From Trichinella spiralis (taxonomy: Eukaryota), in contig NW_003526941.1 in NCBI RefSeq assembly GCF_000181795.1, forward strand, positions 1 to 64,000: DNA of 64,000 nucleotides, in the 5' to 3' direction. A model generated the notes under the pieces. It did not search any database. It was not told the DNA's origin and was given only the letters and a program-made list of their open reading frames with translations. The translations under genes were made by a program, and so were the position numbers. The number at the start of each line of letters is the position of its first letter. Positions within the stretch are counted from its first letter, which is position 1. Of the stretch, positions 1 through 12,400 are shown piece after piece.

Positions 1-1409
1 GCGCGGGGAAGATGGCCGGGTATTTTGTATGTAAGGGGAAGGAAATCATCCTTACCCCCATTGGAATTATGTTTGGTATTAATGTAAATTCCCTCTGAAA
101 ATGCAGTTTGTGTTATTTGATCGTTTTGGGAGTCCATTGCTTCCATTATGATTTCTATTCTTCTTCGAATACGGACATTTGAATTCTTTGTTTCTTTTCA
201 TTTCATATACTGATGTGCTGCAACTTTGCATTTTCAGTGATTTTCTATTTCTTTGTGAAATTTGAATATTCATTTTTAAAAGAAGTCATAAAAAAACTTA
301 CTTTCATGAAACATGCATTTTCATGTCTTTTTTCATTTATTTTAGTCGTTGCGCTTCATTTTTTCGATTTTCTCAACAATCATTACCTTATGCTTCGAAT
401 CTGAAAAATGGATTCAAGTTTTTAATATGTGTTATAATTCTTAATATAATCTGCATTTTTCCAGCTTAGTAATGTCTGTGTGGTTTAGGATCATTTGATA
501 CAGAAATGTAACCACGTTCGAGCATAAATTCATTGTATAAAATGAATTCCACCAGTGCACGCTCTATTGGCATTTTTGAAATTGAAATATTAAGGCCACA
601 GTATACCTTATTTTAGCGTGACTTTTTTAAATGTTTCAAAGTTGCAAAATTTGTGATTCGCAGGTTACATGCTATGCTTTTTGTTTTTTGAAACTATCAG
701 TGTGCGTTTTTCGCTTTTTTGTGTATGTAATTTAGTATTCTTTTCATTAAGTTTTAAGTTTTTGTCATCTTTTGTGAAATTTAATGTTAATTAGACTCAG
801 ATTAATTGCAGCCATTGCATTTCCTAATCTATTGCTGTTATTTTTAAATAGGCGCATGAATTCAGCTTTTATTCCTCAGTTACTTCACGAGTTGGTAGAC
901 TTATTATATTATCTGCCCATTGTGCCTTCTTTGTCGTCTATTTCTGATGTATATAAGCGAAAAATTGATTGTTTGTGAGCAAGGATAGTTTGGTTTCTCA
1001 TCGTCACCTCAGATTCTGCACTAAGCAAATTTCGTGAGGGTACACAGACACTAGACCGCGGCATTATCTGACATCTTTGTATTTCATGCTTGATTAACAG
1101 TGTGATCTTCGATGGTGGCTGGGGTGTCATTTTGATTATATTTAATGATAAACATTTATCTACCCAAACTTTTGTGATGCATGTTCAACAGCTGTGAATC
1201 TTGATGACACACACATAGGTTCTAATTAAGAAAATATTAGAGCTAGACATGTCTGGCACTACTCCTTATGGAATTATGGCATGTTCCATTCTGTAAACAT
1301 TGGGCAGTTCTCAACAAGAATGCTCGACACGTAGAAATATTGCTTTTACTGATCAGAGAACGGAGATTTTGGTAAAAATAGCTAGCTACACTTCGATTTA
1401 TGGTTGATT

Positions 1410-2320
1410 TTATTTCTGACGATGGTAAATTTCAAAGCATTGCTTTCCTCGCTCTGCGCGTAATCGAACGTTACATGTTTTGCACATATTCTTGGTATTT
1501 CGTTTGCATACTTTGCAACGTCCCTGTGGTCCTGTACCAAATATATGGTTTACACCATCGAAACAAGTGTCAGGCAATTGTGATATACATGCTCATCTTA
1601 GTGATGCAGTTCGTTCTGACTGCAGCAAGCTCACGACTACTTGTCGACAGAGCTCTAAGTGGCTGTGTGATCTTTCTTCTACGAAGCAGTGAATCCGTCA
1701 AGCACCCACTGTCGCAACGTTCACCACATTGATAAACAAAGGCCAAGACCATTTTTTGCTTCTTCTTGTTGGACGATACACAGTACCAAGTCTATCAAGA
1801 AGGTCAACCTCCCCCATACCAGTGCTTTACGATCTTACAATGTTCAGCATTTGTACTTCTATTCCTTGGCCTTTCACTCATCGTTGCATATTGTGCAACG
1901 GCCTGTGCGTCAGGAAGTTGCTGACGATTCTGACGATGGAATTACCATGCCATATAACTATATTCACATTTCTATCTCTTCAAAAGTCATAAGCACCTCG
2001 CTTTTGTTTCATTGGCTATTTGTCCGGCAACATCACTGCGTCAGCACCATTGCTGCGGCATAGTAAGATGGTTCCAATAGCTCTCATTTTCAAACCGGAT
2101 GACTTTACCAGCGGCTCATAATTGTTTAAAAAGTTGTCAAAATACAACGTATGCCTTGTGGTATTGGAGTTTTCTTGAATAATGTCGACTATATTACTGA
2201 TAACTCTGGTGCTGAATGGCACTTTCGATGAGTGGATTTCCTTACCTTGAGAAGTAATCATATGACATGGGTAGCCATGGTTGCCACACAGCAACCATAC
2301 TTTGTAACCAAACCTAACCG
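1410..2320 (-). pseudogene. Decayed piggyBac (PGBD-like) transposase, C-terminal half
   Basis: Minus-strand translation gives VRFGYKVWLLCGNHGYP...TLYFDNF...AIGT...MGEVDLLDRL...YRPTRRSKKWSWPLF...RCKVCKRNTKNMCKTCNVRL...CFEIYHRQK* (stop 1410-1412). These are piggyBac DDD-core motifs plus the C-terminal Cys-rich domain. Several in-frame stops, no introns, N-terminal half absent. Confidence 0.9.
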
Positions 2321-2790
2321 CACTAATATATAGCTCCTGTCAACTGTTCTATACAACAGAAAAACAATTGCATTCCAGTGTCAGTGTCTGTATGTTTGAG
2401 ATTTGCATGTGGTATAAATGCAACAGTTGTTATCAGTTGTTCTGTACAACAAAAAAGCAATTGCATTCCATTGCCAGAGTTCACAGATTTTGATTTTTGA
2501 GTTTGTTTAATCATGTCAGATGGCAGGCTGTGAGAAAACATAGATAGAAAGCAGTTTACACACAAAAACACAGTCTTAGTCACTGTTGTAGACAGTATAT
2601 CATAACCTGCCCTTTTATGTCGAGAACAGCCCAATGTTCACTAAATGGAGCATCAATGTTTTTTATCAATTATTGATATCTGAACGTAAGAGTAAAACTA
2701 AGTATTTTATATGTGCAAATAGAGTAATGTCTCAGCTACAAGAATATGTGCCTTGCAAATAATTAGGCACGGTGCATGTTAAAGGATTCA
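2321..2790 (-). mobile_element. Probable 5' non-coding/terminal part of the piggyBac element
   Basis: Directly upstream of the transposase remnant. Contains a ~50-bp imperfect direct repeat (2338-2387 vs 2431-2480), a gtgcct-N11-aggcac palindrome (~2748-2770) and a degenerate end 'gttaaaggattca' resembling ...AAAGGG-TTAA. The homologue at ~16061-16088 ends in 'ttaa'. Confidence 0.4.
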
Positions 2791-5700
2791 CAAAAAACCA
2801 AATCTGAATTAAAAAGTCAATTTTTGTCAATTCATTGATTAATAGAAACAGAACAGTATCTCTGTTTGTAATGTAATCTAAAGATAAATGCGATGCCATA
2901 TTTTTATAAATATCCCAACCAAAATTTCATTTGCATAAAACCAAAAACCAAAAAAAAACATAAACCATTCATAAAACAAAAAAATGGAATATGTGTAGAG
3001 TTAGGTGCTCTCAAAGTTTTGTTTCATTTAGTGAGCAGTGGGAAGATAAAGGTTTTAGCAGAGGAATCGTGACAGAAGAAAACAATGCAAAGACATGAAA
3101 TTGCACTACATGGAAAATTGGCTCCAGTCGATCTGACCCTGCACAAAAGGAGCAATTTAATTTTTTATAACGCCACCATAATAAGTAAATTAAAGCAAAA
3201 AGTTTCAGATTATTCTTCAAGAAAAAATTGTACAAAGATGGTAAAATTTAAATAACAAAATTATCTGTTTAAGGCAAATGAAATTGGTTTAAAAATCAGA
3301 AACGGTGAATTCGATCCAACGCATAATACAGTTATTAAGTTTCTGAATGCCAACATTTTTCTCAGAGATTATTCATTAATTTTATGTGAAATACAATTTT
3401 CATTAAATAAGTAATGCAGGAAAATAAAAATGCTTAAGTAATAGTGAAATCAGTCGCTCTCGCAATGTTAATGATAAGGCTCGTTTGTTTGCTGAACAAT
3501 TTTTGCATATTGATGACAATGCAATAACGCGATCTGTTACCAGACAGGGTGATGACGTCATCAATAGGTTTCTACGCTAAAAAGACAGTATCGCAGCAGC
3601 AAAAATGCTTTTTGTATTCAGACAGAAAAGCAATTTACTCAACATATGAATGAGTAGTAACCGCAAAGTACTTGACAACATCAGCGCCTTTTTAATATTA
3701 CAGAGACTTCGAGAAGAAAATGTGTTAAACAGTTCAGATTTTTATATTAGTAAATTAATAACTTTAGAAAAGTTACAATATTGGCATTTTAATGTCACGT
3801 TTCTCAGGTAAACTCAATTTAAAGTTTGCGCTTTGGTGTATGAATGAAAATGATAAAGCTGCGACCAGGATTAACAATTATGGTTTTGGTGATTTAATTT
3901 ATGCGTACTTTAAGAGAATGAAAAAGCTGAAATGCGCAAAAATGGAACCTTGCAATGATTTTGTTTTTCACAAGCCTAAGTTGGCGGCAATGCATTACAA
4001 TAAAAATTGTTGCATTGTCAGCGTGAATATCAATGCTCAAAAATGGAAGTTTTGCGCTGTGATTTGAAAATCACCAAGTACTTCAATAACTGAGATGAAA
4101 AAGGAATTTCTTGTATTTTGATGGTCATTTATTTTACTAATAATTATTTAAGGTTCCACTTACCATGTTACGTTTACTGATTGTTGGACAAGTTTCCACG
4201 AAGGGTGTCTTTTGGCCAATCAATACGCACAATATGCTTGTTTGAAGACGCCTGCGAACGGAAAAAGAGGAGCAACTTGGCACGCTGCCAACTGCTAAAT
4301 GAGCAGCATCACGAACAGTTATTTCTAATTAGTCAAGTCTCCTTTTGTTTACATTATGCTACTGTGGCTCTTATCTAATGCTGCTGCGGCTGCGGTGCAA
4401 CATTATTCAAATTTTTTTTCCATGAACATTAATTGATGCAGTTTTGCAGTGTCATTAATTGCCGATGAATTCCGCAAATAATTGATAACTACAAAAGTGT
4501 GCTCACATGAAGATATCATAATTGTTTTTTTCTGACTGAGCATATTAATTTTTATAGATAGCATTTCAGTAGCCATAACTAATGCCTGAAAAAGTACGTT
4601 AGCCATGCGACTGCTCATCTGTTCTTCAGTATTGGGATAACACGACACTTAAGAACTCTCTGCTGCGCTTGAAATTGGGATGTTGTGAATTTGCATTTTA
4701 ATGTACAAATTGAGAACTGAGCAGAATTTAAGTATACGTATTTTTGTAAATTGAGAAAACAGATGCGTACATAGTATTTAAAATCATAGAAGCTTCTCAA
4801 GTTTCAGTTATGGTGATCAGGGTAACTTTGATAATCTATATCAAATTTGATTTACTTGTACCTTAGGAAAATTGTACATTATAAAATGGTCAAAATTTTA
4901 AAAATGCAGTACAACCTACTAATGTTTTGGTAAACAGTTAGGAATACATTTTTATCGAGATAGCTATCTGCAAAAAATTACATGACAAGAGATTCATTAA
5001 AAAAATATTTTGCATTTAAACACGCAGTTGAGAAATAAATTATCAGTTGAATGTTTTCATATAATAATATTTGGAAACAATTGCAATAGAATGTCTACAC
5101 AACGGCAAAGTTAAACTTCACACTGGGTTTAATTACCAAAAGAGAATGCATCACATTGCATGATAACTTTTGAATTTGAGAAATAGAAATGCTAAACCTA
5201 GGGTGCACTTCACTGTTACCTAAAAGAAGCCTTAACTGTGGAAAATCTCTTCCACGTAAATGACAATTGCGTGACTGGTTTCTTTTTTGAGCTGTTTATT
5301 TATTAAAGGTACAGATGTGACACGCAAAAGAACAAAAGTACCATATCACATTGATATAATACAAAAATGTAAGAAACATCTGGTATTGGCACTTATTACT
5401 ACAGCAAACAGCACGTTATTTTACGCGGGCTATTTCATATACTTGTGAAAATCAAAGTAACCGTGCATTTATCTTTATAAAATTTCATACCTTTCACGAA
5501 ATACAAGGAACCGATTCGTAGCATGTCCATTCATCAGGGAAAGCGTACACTGAGAATACACTTGTGAAAAACCAACAAAATAAGCAGTTACGTGTTGCAC
5601 TTTAAGTACAGAGTGAACGTCAGTAACGTTTTAAATGAGATAGCTTATTTCTCGTAAACACATCTCATTTGAATTCCTATTCAAATATTGATAATGATAC

Positions 5701-6444
5701 GAGATAGTGAAAATTTGCATATGACAAATTATTACGCTATTACTTAAGTCTGTTTGGTGCATATTGCACTCATGCAGAACTTCAATAGTGAATTCAATAT
5801 GATAATTTTATAAATCACTACAATTTTTAAAATTAAGGTACAATTATTGCTTGTTGGGTGATAAGAAATTTACATAGTAAGAATGAATTTCAATGACATT
5901 GTGTTTGCTCAAATGTAAAATTAAATAAAACCACAAGTAATTAGCAGTAACTGCTGAAAATGTTTAAAAAATACAATATATCATAATAATTATTGGTTAC
6001 ATGATAGGTAGAAATTAATTATACATTTTTATATATGTGCAGCAAATTGATGAGTTGATCAAACTTATCAGTGGTAAATATTACTCCATTTTTATTTACC
6101 TATTGTATGAAATTTAAACTTGCATACGTGCAAAGTTTTCAAAAAATACATCAACCACTACCAAATAATAAAACTTTGACGTAAAAGTACAGCAAAATTT
6201 CATATCATTAGTAAAAGTAAACAAATTTGAAGAGTATTAGTAATTCGCATGCATGAGATGAAGTTTCTTGGAAAATTTTTCAACATTTCCTTCAGACAAG
6301 AACTGTCGCAGATTGCATCCACAACTTTCCTAATGAAAATACATTGCCCTAAACTACAAAGTTTCTATCATGCGGCTATTTATGTATCCAGAGCATTGCC
6401 AAAAAAGTGCTTCCAAATAACTCCAGATCATTTTTTAAGACAAA

Positions 6445-9400
6445 TCAGGATGCCATCAGTTGTTCTTCATACTGCTTCAGAAAACATTCTCCAACGGGAA
6501 AAAAATCCCAGCAACGTTTCTCATACAGTTCCCACACATATGTTTCTTGTCCAGTATATTCAGTGTCATCTTTGTTTATTAAGTGCATTAAGAAAAACCT
6601 AAAATGTAATATTTTCATTTCTTGATGAAAACATCCTTTCAATAGAATTCGATAAATAATGTTCACTTAGAAAGACGTTTATTTTCAAATCAAATCATTG
6701 TTCGCAATTTTCAATTATCATAATAATAATATGCATTTGACTTACAAATAATATGCCAGGTTGTGTTCTTTTGTAGTATGATGATCAAATCCATGGGGTA
6801 AGCGTTCGAAAAAATCTTTACCGATGTCACAAATGAAACAATTAGACTAAACATAAGAAAATGAAAATAAAGTCACGAAATTTTTCTTCTTCTTTCATTA
6901 TTTCAAAATAATTTCATATTATTTTTTGAGATTACATTTCAACGCTAAACTGCTGTTTTACATGCAAAATGGAGATGTGCTTGCAAACAGCAACGTTCAT
7001 GATTATTATTTATTTATTGTTAAATGCATTGCAAACATACTTCAAGTTTATCTTGCGCTGATTCTTGCTGGTCTCTCAAATCACCAAATGCATCAATAAT
7101 AAGACCTAAAAGCATTATTATTATTATTATTACTATTAAACACACTCTCAAAAGATAACCATACCTTGCATTATAGCTAAGAGAATAATTATTATAAAAA
7201 AGTGAAATGTCATGTCGAACAAAATTCGCCATGCCTCTCTTTCATCACCGTACGGAGATTGCAATTCATCTCCAATTCCACCACCAGCACGTATACCAGC
7301 ATACACATTGAATACAAAACACTTAAACAAATTGTATAATATTTATTTTGACAGCAGTTATCCCCCCTCTTCAATATTAAATATCGAATGAAAATCTAAC
7401 ATAAACATTTTATAATTATGTACGCTTAATATATTAACATTTTTATTATAAATCAGTACTTGTTTCTAAGAAAATGTCAAACATCACGTTGTAAAATACT
7501 GAAGTTTTTGAATGGAAAATTACCGATATCATGTTATTGCACTTGCTATCAGTCTCCTCGCCATCGTCTTCTTGAACATAAAACTTTCGAAAAAAGTTAA
7601 AGGCCAAAACAGTATACAAGTATACGACAACTAGCACCATCATAACCGTCAGAATTAGCTAAAATAGTCTTTTAAATCTTCATCTGCAACAGACAAATTT
7701 TCTTGCTTTTGTAGTCTTACCTGCTTTCCATTGTGGCGTTACTGATTTTAATATGTTTGAGGCATTGGAATGATATAACAACATCTATCGGATGACCAGG
7801 CATTAAAAAANNNNNNNNNNNNNNNNNNNNNNNNNNNNNNNNNNNNNNNNNNNNNNNNNNNNNNNNNNNNNNNNNNNNNNNNNNNNNNNNNNNNNNNNNN
7901 NNNNNNNNNNNNNNNNNNNNNNNNNNNNNNNNNNNNNNNNNNNNNNNNNNNNNNNNNNNNNNNNNNNNNNNNNNNNNNNNNNNNNNNNNNNNNNNNNNNN
8001 NNNNNNNNNNNNNNNNNNNNNNNNNNNNNNNNNNNNNNNNNNNNNNNNNNNNNNNNNNNNNNNNNNNNNNNNNNNNNNNNNNNNNNNNNNNNNNNNNNNN
8101 NNNNNNNNNNNNNNNNNNNNNNNNNNNNNNNNNNNNNNNNNAAAAAGCTTTAATTAAAAAATAAAGTGTGATAAATAATTCTGTTTACTTCAAATTTTCT
8201 TAATATCAATTGTAAATTCAGTGGATGATATTACCAATTACAGTACTTACGGACATCGTCACCTACCTTCAATTGATAATAAGCGATTAGCAATGCTAGT
8301 GAAGCTGCACAATGCGCAACTGATAAAAATATTAACATGTGAGCCAAATAGTAATAGTTGTCATGAATTGCCAATTCTTCTTCAATTACATTTTCCATGC
8401 GCTCCTCATTCTGCAGTTTGCTGTTGTCTGCTTCCAATACCACTTTTTCATCATTTGAGGGATTGTCAGCAACCTAAACTTTCGTCAGTTATTTATGTAT
8501 TATGCCAATGTATTAGATTTAAATTTAGATTTACATTAGTTGATGTTATTGAATAATTTTCAATTAAATTGTAGTCTTTAATAAGATAATAACCAATGTA
8601 ACAAACAAAGAAAATTCAATGCCATTGGTTCAAATTATATTTTCCGGTCACTGAAGTTCTTATAGCGTTAATATAACGATATATTACTTTTACTCTTCAT
8701 ATATAATAATTAAAAATACATATAATTTCCACTAAAACTGGATTTACTATGCATTGCAACAGAACTGTATAATATCGTCCCTAACATGATGTGATATAAG
8801 TTTAAACAATTTTTCAATTTCAACGTTATCCTTACCCGGTAAAACAACAAAATTGCATTTATGCAAAACGCTAATGCAAGTGTGATGTACTTCAGCAAAT
8901 AAAAGTTTCTCGCCAAAAAATTCTAAAATATTTACCAATAACATTCAGTATGAGCAACTGCAAACACATTTCTCACAAAAGCAGAGCCTTTAGCACTAGA
9001 TGTAGTTTCCGCAATCTTCGGTTCATAAATTTCCTTCACAGCAATATTGCTGTCATCATTGCATACGCTAACTGCAGCTGGTGTGTAAGTCTCAGGTATT
9101 TGGTTACTAAAATATTCAAATTATTCGCTAAAAGTAGAAGCATGGAAGAAAATTTTTCACTTGTACAATTAACAATGACATATAGTTCCACCTAAATACC
9201 GCGTTTTTGGTTGTGTTTCACCATTTATGAAAAATAATCATTTATGCATTTTCTGTTAATATGACTAACTTCAACATTACATAATCTTTTAAAGTATTCA
9301 TTTTTCACCGTGAAAACGCTAAAGTTTCTGCAGCATAGAAAGTGATGATTCATTGAATTATATGATTATTATAATGTAAATTATTATTATTAAAAGGCAA

Positions 9401-12400
9401 TCTGATACCTGTAAATCATTAGTTGTCGTTCGTTTTGAACAGAAGCTGATTCAGCTGAAGCGAAGGAAAATGGGGAAGAGTTTCCAATGTGCATCGAAAA
9501 TGATTTTTCGAACTGGGGTTGATTGTTCGGATTTTTCATAGAAAGTCCTTCGCCAATACCCTGTGTAAGTTGTATACCAAATGCTTCATACACTTCTGGC
9601 TTTTCTGGTTCATATAATTGTGGGACAATATTAAAATCCTTTGGCAAAGTATGATGAACTGCATTTTCTGCAGTTAATTTTGAAGAAGCTTTTTCTTCTT
9701 CCCAAATACCGTACATCATAAGCAATATGAATCGAAAGAAAGTATTCATCAGGTAAAATGCACCGCGAAACATTGTAACAAAAATGAAGAGGACAATCTT
9801 TAAAAATATCAAGATTAACTGTCCATAAGTCATTGAGCTGAAATGCATAGCGGCGCTGTGCTTCAGTTGGCGTAATTCTGAAGGGCGTAGATATCGACAA
9901 AATGACACAATCGATGTACCCATTTTTTTCATAATTTTCAAAATAATATCAAACGCCGATATTCTAAAACAACACTCACCTTGCAAATTCATATATGAAT
10001 CAATCACTGTAAGTTACGAAGCATACGTGTCAGTCTTATCTGCCATGCCGGTAAATATTTCTCGTTGCTTCTTTGCTCGTTCTATTCTTGAATCTCTATC
10101 TTCAGAACTAATTTCCGCAGCATGCGACATCTGAATATATTTGATACAATTTTCAACATTACTGAGCATTTATTTCTTCAAAATAGTCAAAACGTGCTTT
10201 CAGCATACCTCAAATATGGTATCTTCACAAAAGTTGACAAACGCTTCCAACTTCCCTTGTTCACCACCGTCGTCTTGTAAAACATTGAAAAGAAAATCTT
10301 TCTTCGATTGCTAAAATATGCACATTACATACATCTGATTTTTACAATGACCCTAAAATACAAAACTGACTTTAATTTGAGGTTTATTGAATTGTTCAAG
10401 CCATTCTTCTTTTATTTCAAAGTAACCCTTTCCACTCCTTTGTNNNNNNNNNNNNNNNNNNNNNNNNNNNNNNNNNNNNNNNNNNNNNNNNNNNNNNNNN
10501 NNNNNNNNNNNNNNNNNNNNNNNNNNNNNNNNNNNNNNNNNNNNNNNNNNNNNNNNNNNNNNNNNNNNNNNNNNNNNNNNNNNNNNNNNNNNNNNNNNNN
10601 NNNNNNNNNNNNNNNNNNNNNNNNNNNNNNNNNNNNNNNNNNNNNNNNNNNNNNNNNNNNNNNNNNNNNNNNNNNNNNNNNNNNNNNNNNNNNNNNNNNN
10701 NNNNNNNNNNNNNNNNNNNNNNNNNNNNNNNNNNNNNNNNNNNNNNNNNNNNNNNNNNNNNNNNNNNNNNNNNNNNNNNNNNNNNNNNNNNNNNNNNNNN
10801 NNNNNNNNNNNNNNNNNNNNNNNNNNNNNNNNNNNNNNNNNNNNNNNNNNNNNNNNNNNNNNNNNNNNNNNNNNNNNNNNNNNNNNNNNNNNNNNNNNNN
10901 NNNNNNNNNNNNNNNNNNNNNNNNNNNNNNNNNNNNNNNNNNNNNNNNNNNNNNNNNNNNNNNNNNNNNNNNNNNNNNNNNNNNNNNNNNNNNNNNNNNN
11001 NNNNNNNNNNNNNNNNNNNNNNNNNNNNNNNNNNNNNNNNNNNNNNNNNNNNNNNNNNNNNNNNNNNNNNNNNNNNNNNNNNNNNNNNNNNNNNNNNNNN
11101 NNNNNNNNNNNNNNNNNNNNNNNNNNNNNNNNNNNNNNNNNNNNNNNNNNNNNNNNNNNNNNNNNNNNNNNNNNACAATCATATGTTTTGGTAGGATAAG
11201 AAACTTTGGTAGCAGTTCCAGGTGAGTGTGATTTCTGATTAGTTTGTCCATCATAGGTGCAAATTAAAAGAAGAATCCGTAAAAAAAAAAAAGGGGGGGG
11301 GGTCTATTTGCCCCCCCAATATGGTGTGCAATGCAAGGTCCCTAAATATATCGCTCAGCATCAGGTGGTGTAAAATTACTCAACTGATACAAAAAATTGC
11401 ACATTACATTAACAAAATTGATCATGTGTTTTGTGAACTTATCTTTAATTAACTGTGATTTCATATGCATAACAAAAAATGCATCATGTTATTTATATAT
11501 TTCTCATTTAAACAAAATTGATAACCAAAAATTTAACTCAACTACCTCAACAATTTCAATATTCACTTATAACAGACAGCATCACAGAAAATATTTCACA
11601 TCGTACACTGAAATTAAAATAATCAATTTTGTAACTGATTTTATATTCTTATTACTGTAGATGTGGTACAAACTGTACATTGTAAAATAAATTCATTAAT
11701 ACCAAAAATTAAGTTGATTACACTTTTATAAAATTAACAACAAGGGTTTCTTTAGCGTACCTGTATTGATTCAGTAAGTGTGTTAAACACTTGACTGCAT
11801 ACTGAAAGCGCTTTCAAAAAATGCGCTTTACCCGCTTCGTCAACTACCTCTTTGCTTGAAAAGTGCCAGTAAAAATCCATTATCGATTCTTGTAACCGAA
11901 GAAGATAGTCAACAGTGCAAATAATTAAATTTATACTTGTTGTATTTCCTGGCTGATTTCGCAAATAATTTTGAAATTCTAAAAATTATAAAATGTAATT
12001 CAATGATCCCCGTAAAATCCATTAGCTGTAAAGAAAATTACTACTAAAAGCCCTCCAATATGATTATCAGAAAATTCTGTTGTCTGAATAGAATCATTCC
12101 AATTTATCATAAAAAATTCCTTAAAAGCAGTTATTCAACAGCACAATTTTTTACTCGTTACATTTAACATATTAAAGTGAAAATAAAAAAAATACCTGAA
12201 TTATGTCCTTCACAGGTTAACTGGATAAATCGAAACAAACTGCATATGAATTCAGAGTCATTCAGATTTTGATGCTTTCCAACTGACAGTTCAGCACCCA
12301 TACCAAGACCTTCTGCTTTTAACTGTCTTTCGAAAATTTCCAAATTTAACACACTAAAAATGTTTCCATTTTGCAGTTTTGCTAATAGGAAATGTTGTTG

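Noticed and set aside
4181..4800. Short ORFs preserved in both repeat copies
   Set aside because: Preservation reflects recent duplication or allelism, not coding constraint; no motifs seen.
6249..6625. Plus-strand ORFs antisense to RyR exons (also 19518, 14239, 32565, 40662, 43859 and others)
   Set aside because: Shadow ORFs of RyR coding exons or UTR with no recognisable homology.
7720..7810. Frameshifts in copy-1 RyR S4-S5 exon suggesting pseudogenisation
   Set aside because: Confined to the gap edge; typical low-quality contig end.
9964..9980. Apparent 16-nt intron gtgagt...ttttag in RyR
   Set aside because: A normal donor (AC|gtatgc at ~10026) joins the same acceptor in frame (TDT-ISAFD), so the GTGAGT is inside a longer intron.
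10308..11254. Long 253-305 aa ORFs
   Set aside because: Artefacts of translating through the N gap.
11175..11340. Poly-A/poly-G run and diverged RyR exon (possible G-quadruplex or editing)
   Set aside because: Adjacent to the gap; copy 2 has a clean sequence, so most likely sequencing error.
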